From an uncultured Acidobacteriota bacterium (GTDB lineage: Bacteria; Acidobacteriota; JAQAZP01): DNA of 64,000 bases. Of the stretch, positions 38,383-49,297 are shown piece after piece. The DNA lies in NCBI GenBank assembly GCA_963836075.1, contig CAWIIB010000001.1:1376001-1440000 (forward strand), written 5' to 3'. The notes under the pieces were generated by a model. The model did not search any database. It saw only the letters and a list, made by a program, of their open reading frames with translations, and was not told where the DNA came from. Numbering within the stretch: the first letter of the stretch is position 1; each line of letters begins with the position of its first letter. The translations under genes were made by a program, and so were the position numbers.

Positions 38383-40473
38383 ATGAGCGACTTCAAAGAA
38401 CGCATGGAGCAGATAATCGCCGGTGCCGGTCTGCTCCTGCCGACGAAGCCCGACCGCTACGACCCCGGCGACCGGATGACGGTGGATGTCACCGGCGTGG
38501 TTCCCGCCCGGCAGGGAACCGCCACCCTGGAGGTGGAGAAGTTCGTCGGCGGAGGTTTCGCAGGCCAGGTCTACCGGGTGCGGCTCATCGGGCTGGAAAC
38601 CCCTGAGGGGCCGCTGGAAGGCCTGGAAGAGGGCGGGACCTACGCGGTGAAAATCATCGTTCCGCCGTCAGGTTTTTCCCTGCTCTTCCGCAACACGCTG
38701 TACTGGCTTGCCTACCAGGGGCCGTTCTCGGCCCAGGTGAACGAGAACGCCGCCCGCAGCGGTGTCCTGTGGCAAAAGATGATCCGCCGCGCCGCCCGCA
38801 TCCATCTGGGTGACGAAGCTTCGGTGGTGGATACCTTTGCCACCTTTTTCGACAGCAACCTGGACAGCTATGCCGAAATCAACGAGTGGATCGAGGGCCG
38901 CACCTGGATTTACGAGGTGGAGGACAACCTGATCGGCCGTAACCGGCGAGTGCGCAAGGACGGCAGGATCATGGACGACGGTGGCGGCTCTCGCGAATAC
39001 CTGGAGAAGCGTTCGTTCATGATCCGCTTCGTGCGTATGCTGCACAATCTGGGCGCGCCCGAGTTCGCGCGGCAGTACGAGTGGTGGACGATGAAGAGCC
39101 AGCCCAACGTGCTCAAGCGGACCGCGGAGGGAGTGGAAGCCGGCGGCCGGCTCACCGCCATCGATTTTCGGGCCGGTCTGGCCCTGCTCCCCTTCCTGCC
39201 GATGAGCCCGGCCGACTTCCGCCTGATCCTCAACGGCCTTGGCCGGGGCGACCTGGTGCAGTTCGACCGGGGCAGCGTGGACAAACTGGAAGATTTCTGC
39301 CGGGAGAACCGTGACAGCTTCGCCGACCTCCAGCCGGCGCTGGAAGAGCTGAAAGTGCGCGACCAGGCCTACCGCGACTCGCTGCCCGACCTGACCCACC
39401 ACCACGTCCGCCTGCTCACCGACCGCAAGTTGCGCCATTCGGTGCGCGACGGCCTGGTGGACGGCTGGCGGGTGCGCGGCCAGGTGGACGAAGAACACGC
39501 CGTCCTGCTGAGCAAGTCCGGCTGGCGATTCCTGATTTTCCTGCTCGCCGGCGTGGTTCCGTTCCTCGGCCGGCTGTTTCGCCGGGCCTGGGGCAACGCC
39601 CTCTATCGCCGCCACCTGGGCCGGATGCTGCGCAGCTTCGGCTACTTTCGCCGCCGGCTTCGCGCCGGCCGTGCGGCAAAACTAATCGGCTGGCAACGGA
39701 ACGGCCGCGGTTCGAACAAGCGGCTGAGCCGGCTGGTGGACCGGCCTGTCCGGTTCTACGTTCAGCGGTTCCTCCTGGGCTGGCTGCCGGCGTCATGGCA
39801 CCGCTTCTTCACTGAACCCCGCTACGCCTGGGACCGGTTGAAAATCGCGGTCACCTATCCGGTGAAGCTCTATTTCAACGCCGCCTTCCGTGAAAAGTGG
39901 CTGATGGACCAGATCGACACCGGACAGCGCGACGGCATGCTGACCAGCGAGGAGGCGGACCAGATCAGGGCCAGTGCCCGGGACCCCTTCATCCAGAAAT
40001 ACCTCAAGTGCGTGGCGGTTCACCTCTGCACCGTCCCGGTGACCCAGGTCGTGGCCGTGATCCTCGCCGCCTGGGCCTCGCTGCGCTACGGAAAAAGCTG
40101 GGAGGAGGGGATGCTCTACGCCGGAGGCGTTCTGCTCTTCTTCCAGGCCACCCCCATCTCTCCGGGGTCGCTGGTCCGGGGCTTCTACGTGCTCTACCTG
40201 ATGATCAAGGAGCGGAACTGGCACAACTACCGCGTGGCGGTGTTCGTCTCCTTCTGGCACTACGTCGGCTACCTCGGGTTCCCGCTGCAGATGGTCACCG
40301 AATACCCCACCCTGGCCCGGTTCATGGCCGGCAACTGGGCCACCGGCATAGTGCGGATCATTCCCGTTTTCGGTGAAAAGGGCGCACTGATCGAACACTG
40401 GATTTACGACCTGTTCTTCAACCTGCCGATCACCCTGGGCCGGGTCTTCCGGCGCAAGAAGAAGCCCGCCTGA
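38383..40473 (+). CDS. Hypothetical membrane protein with protein-kinase-like N-terminus
   Basis: FVGGGFAGQVY, YAVK, KSQPN, AIDF; C-terminal hydrophobic segments; clean 696-aa ORF. Confidence 0.7.
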   Translation: MSDFKERMEQIIAGAGLLLPTKPDRYDPGDRMTVDVTGVVPARQGTATLEVEKFVGGGFAGQVYRVRLIGLETPEGPLEGLEEGGTYAVKIIVPPSGFSLLFRNTLYWLAYQGPFSAQVNENAARSGVLWQKMIRRAARIHLGDEASVVDTFATFFDSNLDSYAEINEWIEGRTWIYEVEDNLIGRNRRVRKDGRIMDDGGGSREYLEKRSFMIRFVRMLHNLGAPEFARQYEWWTMKSQPNVLKRTAEGVEAGGRLTAIDFRAGLALLPFLPMSPADFRLILNGLGRGDLVQFDRGSVDKLEDFCRENRDSFADLQPALEELKVRDQAYRDSLPDLTHHHVRLLTDRKLRHSVRDGLVDGWRVRGQVDEEHAVLLSKSGWRFLIFLLAGVVPFLGRLFRRAWGNALYRRHLGRMLRSFGYFRRRLRAGRAAKLIGWQRNGRGSNKRLSRLVDRPVRFYVQRFLLGWLPASWHRFFTEPRYAWDRLKIAVTYPVKLYFNAAFREKWLMDQIDTGQRDGMLTSEEADQIRASARDPFIQKYLKCVAVHLCTVPVTQVVAVILAAWASLRYGKSWEEGMLYAGGVLLFFQATPISPGSLVRGFYVLYLMIKERNWHNYRVAVFVSFWHYVGYLGFPLQMVTEYPTLARFMAGNWATGIVRIIPVFGEKGALIEHWIYDLFFNLPITLGRVFRRKKKPA

Positions 40474-40567
40474 CCCCATCTTGTCTCGCCAACCAGAAGA
40501 CAAAACCTCGCCTGTGGTTCGAGAGCCAGGCCTGCAGCGCCGCCATTGGACCGCTGACGATGTTCGA

Positions 40568-43500
40568 TCAGACGAAGATGTCGTTGATTTGCTGGAGCAT
40601 GTCGACTAACGAGAACGGCTTTTTAAGGAAGGCGTAGCCCCTGCTCTGGATCACCGGCCACTGCGACTTCTCGTCGGTGTACCCGCTGCAGAACATCACC
40701 TTGAGGTCCGGGTCAAGGGCCTGCAGCTCCTCCACCAGCTGCACGCCGCTGCGGTCAGTGAGCACCACGTCGCTGAACACCAGGTCGAATTCCCCGCCCT
40801 CTTCCCTGTAGAGCGCCATGGCTTCATCGGCGCTGGCCGCGGGAAAGACCTGGTAGCCGCTGCTGCCCAGCGCTTCGTTGATCAGGTCCCGAATGTCCTC
40901 CTCGTCCTCCACCAGCAGCACCCGTTGACCGGCGCCGCCAAGGCTCTCCAGGGGCACCTCGTCGTCGTCCCTCGCACTCACCTTTTCGCTGGTGGTCGGA
41001 ATGTAGACACTGAAACTGGTGCCTCGTCCCTGCTCGCTTTCCACGGTGATCCAGCCCTCGTGCTGCTGGATAATACCGAAGGCCACGGCCAGACCGAGGC
41101 CGGTGCCCGACTCGGACCCCTTGGTGGAGAAGAAGGGCTCGAAGATATGTTCGATCATCTGGTCCGGGATCCCCACCCCGGTGTCGCTGACGGTCAACCG
41201 CATGTAATTCCCGGGCCGCGAGCCGCTGACGCTGCGGCAATCGGCGCTGGTCATGGTCACATTTTCGGTGCGGAAGGTCAGCTTCCCGCCGTCGGGCATG
41301 GCGTCGCGCGAGTTGACCGCCAGGTTCATCACCACCTGCCCCAGGCTGCCCGAGTCGGCGCGCACCGCCCAGAGATTCTCTTCCAGCTCGGTCTCCATGG
41401 CGATGTCCTCACCGATCAGCCGTTCGAGCATTTTCAGCAGGTCTCTGACCACGTTGTTCACCGACAGGACCATCAACGTCATCGGCTGTTTGCGGCTGAA
41501 GAGGAGCAGCTGGTGGGTCAGATCGGCGGCCCTCAGGCTGGCCTGCTTCACCTGTTTCAAATACCAGTGAGACGGATCGGAATCAGCCGACTTGATCATC
41601 GCCAGGTCAACGTAGCCCTGGATGGCGGTGAGCAGGTTGTTGAAATCGTGGGCCACCCCGCCGGCCAGGGTACCCACCGCCTCCATTTTCTGCGCCTGGA
41701 GGAGCTGGGCCTGCATCCGCTCTTTCTCCTCCTCGGCCACCACCCGGCTGGTGATGTCCTCGTAGGTCCCGAGGATACCGATCACATCGCCCCCGGAGTT
41801 GTGCAGCGGCACCTTGTTGGAGTCGAGCCAGGCCTGCTTCCCGTCAGCCTGTGCCTGAGACTCGATGATGTGGAACTCGGGGATGTCGGCCGCCATCACC
41901 CGAGCGTCCGTCTCACGGAAGAGCTCTGCCTGCTCCGTGGTCCAGGCCAGGTCATGGTCGGTCTTACCGATGATCGCTTCCGACGATCCCACACCAGCGG
42001 CCTGGGCAAAGAGGTCGTTGCAGCCGAGGTAGACCGACTCGCGGTCCTTCCAAAAGACAAACTGGGGAATGGTGTTCATCACCAGCCGCAGCATGGCCCG
42101 TGACTCGCTCAGTTCCTCGTGGGCCCGCTCCCGTTCGGAAATGTCCCTGATGATGCCGGCGGCGTGCCACTTGCCGCGAATCTTCATCGCCGAAGTGGAG
42201 ATTTCAAAGGGGAAGGTGGAGCCGTCCTTCTTCAGCGCCATCAGCACCACTGTCCGGCCGATGACGTTGCCCCGGCCTTCCTTCTGGAACCGTCCGAACC
42301 CCTTGTAAAAGTCCCGGTGGTATTCTTCGGGAGCAAGAAACTGGTGCAGGTTCTGTCCCACCGCCTCCGCGGCGGAGTAGCCGAACATATTCTCGGCGGC
42401 CGGGTTCCAGTAAGAGATCAAACCGGTGTTGTCCATCAGGATGATGGCATCGGTGGCCGTTCCGGTGATCGCCCTGAATTTCTCCTCGCTTTCCCGCAGC
42501 GCCTGCTCGCCTTTCTTCTGATCGGTGATGTCGCGGATGATGCCCTGGTAGCCCACCGCCCGGCCCTCCGAGTCGTAGCGCTGGGAAGAGGTGAGCAGGC
42601 AATGCCGCTGATTGCCGTTTTTTCGCAGCAGCGTCACTTCGAACCCGCTCACCGAGCCGCTGGTCCGGATCGCCTCCTGGAACCGCTGCCGGTCATCGAC
42701 GTTGGCGTAGAGTGCCGCGGCGTTCATCCCGATCATCTCTTCCAGCGTGTAGCCGAAGAGTTCGAGGGCCGACCGGTTTACGGCGACGAACTTCCCCTCC
42801 ACCGTGGTGATGTAGATCGCGTCCAGCGATTCCTCGAACAGGGCGTGAAACTGTTCCTCGCTCTCCTTGAGCGCCTCCAGGGCCTGGCGCCGCTGGGTGA
42901 TGTCGTGGATGATCCCCTGGTAGCCGATGATGTCCCCGGACGCGTCACGGCGCAGGCTGGCGGTGAGCAGGCAGTGCCGCACACCACCCGATTTGTTGCG
43001 CAGGTCCAGCTCCCAGTCACGGACCGATCCCTCTTTTTCGATATACTCCTGGTAACGGAAGCGCTCTTCGGGATTGACGTAGAGGTCCGCGGCGCGCATG
43101 TTCATCAATTCTTCCCGATCGTAGCCGAAAAGATCCTGCGCCGACTGGTTGATTTCGACGAACCGGCCGTCGCGGCTGTTGATGAAGATCGCGTCCCGCG
43201 ATTCCTCGAACAGGGTGTGGAACCGCTCCTCGCTTTCCCGCAGGGCCTCCTCGGCCTTTTTCCGCTCCGCCAGTTCCCGCCGCAGCTTCTCGTTGGCTTC
43301 CCGCAGTTCCGTGGTCTTCTGCTCCACCTGGATGGTCAGTTCCTCCTGCACCCGCTTACGCTGGAAAAACTCGGGAATATCCACCATATCCGGAGTTCCG
43401 GAGAGAGCAAGGTTCTCGCCACCCATCAGGATCAGTTTCTCCCTGATTTTCGAGGGGTGGGCCATGATGAACCGGCACTGATCGTCACCGGCCGCCCGGC

Positions 43501-44092
43501 ATTCCAGCTCGACGGTGACCAGGGAGACGCCGAAACACTCCTCGCACCAACCGGAGGAATAGCCTCCGCTCATCACGCAGACCGGTCGCGGGGATGTCCG
43601 GCCGCTGCGCACCCAGACATCGGCCTCGGAGGAATTGTCATGGTTGAAGTGCAGAAAATAGTCGAGGTCCGCGGTGGGGCTCGAATCGGGATGGATCGCC
43701 ACGTGGCCCCACCCGGAATGGGCGAAGTGGACCGGCCCCAGGGCCAGCAGTTCCGCCGGGTCGTCCACGCCCATTTTGTCGCGGAAGTTTCTGGCATCAG
43801 CGCGACCGATGGCGTGAGCGATATCGAAGAGCAGGCTGTTGGCCACCTGGAGAGCCTTTTCCTCCCCCCGGTCCCGGTAGAGCTGCATCACCTGGTCAAA
43901 GAATTCGGTGGAGAGGGAGGCGGCCCGAATGAGCATGTAGCGCTCACCCGAAATGTTGATCGAACCGGACAGCGGGCGGTCATCCCGGTCACTGAAAAAC
44001 GTGCGGATGGACTTTTCCGCCTGCTCGAAGAGCGGCTGAAGCTCCTCCGGCACGGTGGCCGACAGTTCCGGCTTGGGCTTTGTTTGAGCCAT
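40568..44092 (-). CDS. Hybrid sensor histidine kinase: XylR_N/V4R + four PAS + HisKA/HATPase + receiver
   Basis: V4R ([18 protein letters not shown]); PAS repeats; AHDFNN, N..DAM, DTGVG, GTGLGL; REC (VEDE, SDVV, KP). Confidence 0.93.
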   Translation of the reverse strand: MAQTKPKPELSATVPEELQPLFEQAEKSIRTFFSDRDDRPLSGSINISGERYMLIRAASLSTEFFDQVMQLYRDRGEEKALQVANSLLFDIAHAIGRADARNFRDKMGVDDPAELLALGPVHFAHSGWGHVAIHPDSSPTADLDYFLHFNHDNSSEADVWVRSGRTSPRPVCVMSGGYSSGWCEECFGVSLVTVELECRAAGDDQCRFIMAHPSKIREKLILMGGENLALSGTPDMVDIPEFFQRKRVQEELTIQVEQKTTELREANEKLRRELAERKKAEEALRESEERFHTLFEESRDAIFINSRDGRFVEINQSAQDLFGYDREELMNMRAADLYVNPEERFRYQEYIEKEGSVRDWELDLRNKSGGVRHCLLTASLRRDASGDIIGYQGIIHDITQRRQALEALKESEEQFHALFEESLDAIYITTVEGKFVAVNRSALELFGYTLEEMIGMNAAALYANVDDRQRFQEAIRTSGSVSGFEVTLLRKNGNQRHCLLTSSQRYDSEGRAVGYQGIIRDITDQKKGEQALRESEEKFRAITGTATDAIILMDNTGLISYWNPAAENMFGYSAAEAVGQNLHQFLAPEEYHRDFYKGFGRFQKEGRGNVIGRTVVLMALKKDGSTFPFEISTSAMKIRGKWHAAGIIRDISERERAHEELSESRAMLRLVMNTIPQFVFWKDRESVYLGCNDLFAQAAGVGSSEAIIGKTDHDLAWTTEQAELFRETDARVMAADIPEFHIIESQAQADGKQAWLDSNKVPLHNSGGDVIGILGTYEDITSRVVAEEEKERMQAQLLQAQKMEAVGTLAGGVAHDFNNLLTAIQGYVDLAMIKSADSDPSHWYLKQVKQASLRAADLTHQLLLFSRKQPMTLMVLSVNNVVRDLLKMLERLIGEDIAMETELEENLWAVRADSGSLGQVVMNLAVNSRDAMPDGGKLTFRTENVTMTSADCRSVSGSRPGNYMRLTVSDTGVGIPDQMIEHIFEPFFSTKGSESGTGLGLAVAFGIIQQHEGWITVESEQGRGTSFSVYIPTTSEKVSARDDDEVPLESLGGAGQRVLLVEDEEDIRDLINEALGSSGYQVFPAASADEAMALYREEGGEFDLVFSDVVLTDRSGVQLVEELQALDPDLKVMFCSGYTDEKSQWPVIQSRGYAFLKKPFSLVDMLQQINDIFV

Positions 44093-44272
44093 ACGGGTGA
44101 CCCCGGATTCAGGCAGGATTGGACAGCACCCCCACCCAAGGAAAATCTCTATTCGCCCCGGCCAACCACACCCGGGGCGCGGACAGACTACTTACCTGTC
44201 ATTCCTTTCGGTTATCCCCGAACGATACTTTACGAAATCTCCAGTAAAGGGGCAGGGCGCCTATTAGACAGG

Positions 44273-44306
44273 AAAGCCCCCGGTCGGGCAAATGCCGGCC
44301 GGGGGC
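44273..44306 (-). terminator. Rho-independent terminator downstream of aminotransferase fusion
   Basis: Minus strand GCCCCCGGCCGGC-ATTT-GCCCGACCGGGGGC followed by TTT. Confidence 0.55.
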
Positions 44307-44343
44307 AGGGGGGGCTGCAGCGCGGGTGATGGCCCGGCGGAGT

Positions 44344-46779
44344 CTATGAACCGCGGACCAGGTCGCGAATTCTGGACTGCACCGTGTCCTCCGCTCCAGC
44401 CGAACTGTTGACCAGGTAACAGGGCACCAGGCGCAGCAGGTAGCGGAAGTAGCGCTCCTGGGTGTCCAGCCGCTCCGGCCGGGAAACCAGCAGGTGCGGA
44501 TTGAAGAACGGAGTGCCCGCGCCGTCCGTCCGGACGGGGGCAGACACCGGCGCGCTTACGTGAACCACCGGATGCCTGGTGAAATAGCTGCTGGTGTCCA
44601 GCGGCGAGGAACTGGACAGGGGACCGGACCCCTCACCGGCGGAAGCCATCTGGGCCAATGCCTCGTCACCGTCGATCCGGCTCACCGGTGGTGATTTCCG
44701 ATCGTCGGTGAGCAGCACCACCCGCTCCAGCGCCGTCCGGCGAACATACTTGCCCGGGCCCCCGAACCAGACCGGGTCCACCATGACCCGGGAATAGGTG
44801 GAACCGTGGAAACAGAACGGCTCGCCGTGATCCAGCTGGCACTCGCCCAACTGGCACTGGTGGTCTTCGCACCAGGCACGTTTCATCACCACGTTCTCGC
44901 AACGGCTGTCTTCAAACAGACGGGAGAAGTTGGGGTAGTCGTGAGCCAGCCGGGTCTTGAGGTAGACCTTCCGCTCCACGTTGTCCGCCTGGGCCTTGCC
45001 GCCGCGGTAGCGCACGTTGAGCCAGTCCTCGGAAACAAAGCGCACGTCGTCCTGTTCCAGCAGGCGGTAGAAATGGCGCCGCCGGCCCGAGCCCTTGGCC
45101 CCCAGCAGCAACGTTCCCGCACCGCCGATGTCGACGCAGGCGCCATACACCCCGTGCACGTCCAGCAGCCGTTCGCTGATGTCGGCCACCATGCCCAGGG
45201 CCATGCTCTTGCACTGGCCATAGTAGGTGCTGTTGAAAATCAGGGCAGTGCGCGATTCGGGATGGTAGTACGCGCTCGGTTCACGGCCGGGAACTCCGTC
45301 CACGGCATAGATCACGCCGTGGGGTTCGAGGTCGGACTCGATCAGCGCCGGGTACCAGTTCTCCATCCAAAAGTCATAGAGGTGACGGACGTTGGTGCGC
45401 AGCTGGAGGATCACCCCGCCGATGTTGGCGTTCCACTCGAAATAGTTGTGGTGCGGCAGGCGCTCCTCGGCTTCGGCCACCATCCCGTCCCGCATCGAGT
45501 CGGCCAGGTCGATCCGGGGGGCGACCCGCCTGGTCACCGTGGTGAAACTGTTGTCCAGCTTCACCTTCCGCGATGCCAGGGTGGGCTTGAGCAACGCCAG
45601 GGCCTCGGCGATGCGGTCGATCCCCTTCTCCAGATTCTCCATTGAACTGGCGTAGGAGAGCCGGATGTTGTCCGGCCCGCCAAAAGCCTCACCGGGTACC
45701 ACGGCCACTCTGGCCTTCTTCAGCAGGTAGTGGGCCAGCCCGTAAGCGTTGCGGATCACCATCCCCCCGTGCTCGGTGCCAAAAAAGGACCGAACGTTGG
45801 GGAAGAGGTAAAAGGCCCCTTCCGGCTTGTGGCAGGAGATACCGGGGATGGCGGTGAGCCGCTCCAGCAGGAAGTTCCGCCGCTGCTGGAACTGGGCCAC
45901 CATCTTGCTCACCTCCTGCTGCGGGCCGGCGATGGCTTCCAGACCGGCCTTCTGGGCCACCGAGCTGGCATTGGAGGTGGAGTGGCTCTGCACCTTGCTC
46001 ATCGCGGAGATGATCTCGCGGGGTGCCAGGGCGTAACCGATCCGCCAGCCGGTCATGGAGTAGGTCTTGGAGACACCGTTGATGGTCACCGTCCGCTGCC
46101 GGACCTCCTCGCTCAGTGCGGCGAAGGGGGTGAAACGGAAATCGTCGTAAAGGATCTTGTCGTAGATCTCGTCGGCGATGACGTAGAGCCCCTCATCCAG
46201 CACCACCTGGGCGATAGCTTCCAGCTCTTTCCGGCTGTAGGCCGACCCGGTGGGGTTGGAGGGGTTGTTGAGCATCAGCGCCTTGGTGTTGACGTTGATG
46301 TGCGCCTTCAGTTCCTCGGCGGTGAGCCGGAAGCCGTTCTCCTCGCGGGTGGGCACGATCACGCCCTCAGCCTTGGCCAGGCTGGCCATGGCCGGGTAGG
46401 AGACCCAGTACGGCGCCGGAATGATCATCTCCTCGCCCTTGTTGAACAGGGCGATGGCCGTGTTGTACAGGGAGTGCTTGGCGCCGCAGGAGACGATCAC
46501 CTGGTTCGGCTCATACTCCAGACCGTAGTCCTCACGGTATCGTTGAACGATGGCCTGGCGCAGTTCGAGAATGCCGTCACTGGCCGTGTAGCCGGTGAAG
46601 TTGTCGTCGATGGCCCGTTTGGCCGCCTCCTTGATATTGTCCGGTGTGTTGAAATCCGGTTCGCCGACGCTGAAGTCCACCACGTCGATGCCTTCGGCGC
46701 GCATGGACTTGGCCCGGGCCGCGATCTTCAGCGTGGTGGATTCCTCGATCCGGCTGATCCTGTCCGCAATGATGCTCAT
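44344..46779 (-). CDS. Class I aspartate aminotransferase fused to a PEPCK/HPrK-like P-loop domain
   Basis: N-terminal ~400 aa: GEPDF, PYWVSY, NNPSNPTG, DEIY, SKTYSMTGWRIG; C-terminal YYGQCK, YGACV, GAKGSGRR, SEDW, ENVV. Confidence 0.88.
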   Translation of the reverse strand: MSIIADRISRIEESTTLKIAARAKSMRAEGIDVVDFSVGEPDFNTPDNIKEAAKRAIDDNFTGYTASDGILELRQAIVQRYREDYGLEYEPNQVIVSCGAKHSLYNTAIALFNKGEEMIIPAPYWVSYPAMASLAKAEGVIVPTREENGFRLTAEELKAHINVNTKALMLNNPSNPTGSAYSRKELEAIAQVVLDEGLYVIADEIYDKILYDDFRFTPFAALSEEVRQRTVTINGVSKTYSMTGWRIGYALAPREIISAMSKVQSHSTSNASSVAQKAGLEAIAGPQQEVSKMVAQFQQRRNFLLERLTAIPGISCHKPEGAFYLFPNVRSFFGTEHGGMVIRNAYGLAHYLLKKARVAVVPGEAFGGPDNIRLSYASSMENLEKGIDRIAEALALLKPTLASRKVKLDNSFTTVTRRVAPRIDLADSMRDGMVAEAEERLPHHNYFEWNANIGGVILQLRTNVRHLYDFWMENWYPALIESDLEPHGVIYAVDGVPGREPSAYYHPESRTALIFNSTYYGQCKSMALGMVADISERLLDVHGVYGACVDIGGAGTLLLGAKGSGRRRHFYRLLEQDDVRFVSEDWLNVRYRGGKAQADNVERKVYLKTRLAHDYPNFSRLFEDSRCENVVMKRAWCEDHQCQLGECQLDHGEPFCFHGSTYSRVMVDPVWFGGPGKYVRRTALERVVLLTDDRKSPPVSRIDGDEALAQMASAGEGSGPLSSSSPLDTSSYFTRHPVVHVSAPVSAPVRTDGAGTPFFNPHLLVSRPERLDTQERYFRYLLRLVPCYLVNSSAGAEDTVQSRIRDLVRGS

Positions 46780-46802
46780 CAATGGTCCCTCCGGCAGCTG
46801 GA

Positions 46803-48188
46803 TCAGTTGGTGCCGCCTTCAGACCCGGAATCATCCTTCTTTTTCTGAAGGGTGCCGAGCAGCTGCTTGAGATCGAAACCGGTGAGCCCCTCCACCACGT
46901 CGGGGAGCTGGGCCATCACCGAAGCCACCTGGCCGGTGATTCGCGAGGCGCCGCTGGCACCGCTGCCACCGTCGACCATGATGATCTTCTCCACCCTGGA
47001 GAGCGGTTCGGAGATGCTGGCAGCCAGTTCGGGCATCTTTTCGATCAGCATCTCGGCGATGGCCGCCTGGTTGTAGTTGCTCCAGGACTCGGCCTTCTTC
47101 TGCATGGCAAAGGCCTCGGCCTCGCCCTGCAGCCGCTGCACCTCGGCGCCGGCGGTCCCTTCCACGCGGGCCGCTTCGGCGCGGCCGCGGGCCTCGGCGG
47201 TAAGCCGGTATTCCTCGGCGTCAGCGGCCAGTTTCACCGTGGCGTCCAGTTCCTTCTGCCGGCGGAGGGTTTCCTTCTCCTCCAGCTCGATACCCTTGGT
47301 CTTTTCCAGCAGTTTGACCTTGAACTCCTCGTCCTTGACCACCTGGTTCTGCTTGTGCCGCTCCAGGTCGTAGGAGTGGTCGGCCTTGGCCCTGGTGGAG
47401 TTGATCTCGGCCTGGAAGGTGGACTTCTTGATCTCGAAGGCCTTGGCCGCCTCGGCCACTTCCGCTTCAGCCTGCAGCTTGGCCACGTCCCCTTCCTTCT
47501 GGGCCTCGGCCGACTTGATCAGTGCGTCCCGCGCCGCCTCGGCTTCGGCCACCTCGGCATCACGCCGGGCCTCGGCGATCTTTGGCTTGCCCAGGGCGGC
47601 GAGATACCCCTGGGTATCCTGGATTTCCTTGAGGTTGAACGACATCAGCTTCAGGCCCATGCCGCTGAACACCGGTTCGATCTCGGCGTTCACCGTGGCG
47701 GCGAACTCCTTGCGGCTGCGGTTGATCGCCTCGAGCTTCATGGTGCCGATGATGGTGCGCACGGCGCCCTCCACGGCTTTCAGCGCCACGTCAAGAATCT
47801 CGCTGGAACTCTTGCCGAGGAACTGCTCGGCAGCGAGGTAAACGTTGGGCTCGGCGCCGTCGAGTTTGACCTGGGCCGTCCCGCGAACCACGGCGTTGAT
47901 CCCGTTGACCGAGATCACGTCGGAGATCTCGAAATCAGCGGAGACAATGTCCAGCGGTAAAACTTCGGCCTGTTCTACCAACGGTTTGACGAATGTGCCG
48001 CCGCCGATGGCCACCCGGTAGCCGATCTTCTTCGAAGTGCCGTCGGCCAGAGTGATGGTCCGCGCCCGTCCGCCGGAGATGACCAGCACCTGGTTCGGGC
48101 CCACCTTGGTATACTGCCGGGCCACCATCCAGATGATCAGCGCGATGACCACCACCGCCGCAATGACGCCAATGAAAATTCCCAACAT
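46803..48188 (-). CDS. Flotillin-like SPFH domain protein
   Basis: N-terminal TM, PNQVLVISG, GGG.FV.P, AAEQFLGK, GYL.ALG, AEA-rich coiled coil. Confidence 0.92.
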   Translation of the reverse strand: MLGIFIGVIAAVVVIALIIWMVARQYTKVGPNQVLVISGGRARTITLADGTSKKIGYRVAIGGGTFVKPLVEQAEVLPLDIVSADFEISDVISVNGINAVVRGTAQVKLDGAEPNVYLAAEQFLGKSSSEILDVALKAVEGAVRTIIGTMKLEAINRSRKEFAATVNAEIEPVFSGMGLKLMSFNLKEIQDTQGYLAALGKPKIAEARRDAEVAEAEAARDALIKSAEAQKEGDVAKLQAEAEVAEAAKAFEIKKSTFQAEINSTRAKADHSYDLERHKQNQVVKDEEFKVKLLEKTKGIELEEKETLRRQKELDATVKLAADAEEYRLTAEARGRAEAARVEGTAGAEVQRLQGEAEAFAMQKKAESWSNYNQAAIAEMLIEKMPELAASISEPLSRVEKIIMVDGGSGASGASRITGQVASVMAQLPDVVEGLTGFDLKQLLGTLQKKKDDSGSEGGTN

Positions 48189-48418
48189 GTTTTGGTCTCC
48201 CAGAATCGAACCGAAAAACAATATGTAAAAATGTATCGAAGCCTTTCCCGGGGCCGGCGGTCTGCCAGCGTAAGCGGTAAGTATAGCGACGACTTAGGGT
48301 GAAAGCAACCGGGTAGGGGGCTCATCGGCGCGGCAGAAAATAAATCAATTTTTTCTTTGTTTTCAATCAGTTGCGGAGAATTGTCGCCACAGCGGAGACT
48401 GCAGGTGCGGACGGCTGT

Positions 48419-49297
48419 TCAAGGGCGGACCCAGGTGGTGACAAATGTCCTGATCCGGTTGCCGTACTCGCCGCCGCCCACCATCACCGTGTCATTGTGA
48501 CCGGCGCCCGGGATGAGGTAGAGCTCCTTGGGCCGGCGGGCCAGCTGGTGCAACCGGCGGGCCATGCTCACCGGCACCAGCCTGTCGGCTTCGCCGTGGA
48601 TAATCAGCACCGGCATGCGCAGACCGGCCAGACGCTCGGCAGTGGGATATTTCCGTTTCAACCGTTGAGGCAGGGGCAGTAGCGGATAGAGGTGGCGGCC
48701 CATCTCGTAGAGATCGGTGAAGGCGCACTCCATGATCAGCGCGCGGCCCCGTCCCCCCGAGGCCAGTTCCACTGCGGCCGCGGCACCCAGCGACCGGCCG
48801 AAAAGCACGATTTTCTCGTCCGGCACGCCGCGTTCATCCCGCAGGTACTGGTAGGCGGCGTGGGCCGACCGGTAGACGCCGGCTTCCAGCGTCCTGCCGC
48901 CGCTGCGGCCGAACCCCGGATAATCGAAGATGAGCACCGAAACCCCGATGCGGTTGAGCAGCACCAGGTTGTGCACCCGGTGAGAGATATTTCCCGCATT
49001 GCCATGGCAGAAGAGCATCACCGGCGCGTGCGGGTCGCGGGCCGGAACGAACCAGGCCGAAATGGCGGTACCGTCCTCGGTGGTGAGCAGCAGATCCTCG
49101 AAGGGAACACCACCATCCTCCGGGGTGGCCACCCACTCCGCCCGGGGGTAAAAGAGAAATGTCCGGTCCACCAGGTCACCGAGCTTCATCCACATCGCCT
49201 CGCTCCCCATCAACGCCGACAGGCCGCAGAGCAGGGCAACGGCAATAATCGCAGCCACCAGGCAGCCCCACCGCCACCGCCGCCCTCCCCCGCTCAT
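48419..49297 (-). CDS. Alpha/beta hydrolase (ABHD13/BEM46-like), membrane-anchored
   Basis: ATG overlapping cca stop; HGNAGN, DYPGFG, GRSLG, HGEAD, GAGHND. Confidence 0.9.
   Translation of the reverse strand: MSGGGRRWRWGCLVAAIIAVALLCGLSALMGSEAMWMKLGDLVDRTFLFYPRAEWVATPEDGGVPFEDLLLTTEDGTAISAWFVPARDPHAPVMLFCHGNAGNISHRVHNLVLLNRIGVSVLIFDYPGFGRSGGRTLEAGVYRSAHAAYQYLRDERGVPDEKIVLFGRSLGAAAAVELASGGRGRALIMECAFTDLYEMGRHLYPLLPLPQRLKRKYPTAERLAGLRMPVLIIHGEADRLVPVSMARRLHQLARRPKELYLIPGAGHNDTVMVGGGEYGNRIRTFVTTWVRP

Noticed and set aside
42480-43260. Internal sequence repeats in the hybrid kinase
   Set aside because: Ordinary tandem PAS domain duplication.
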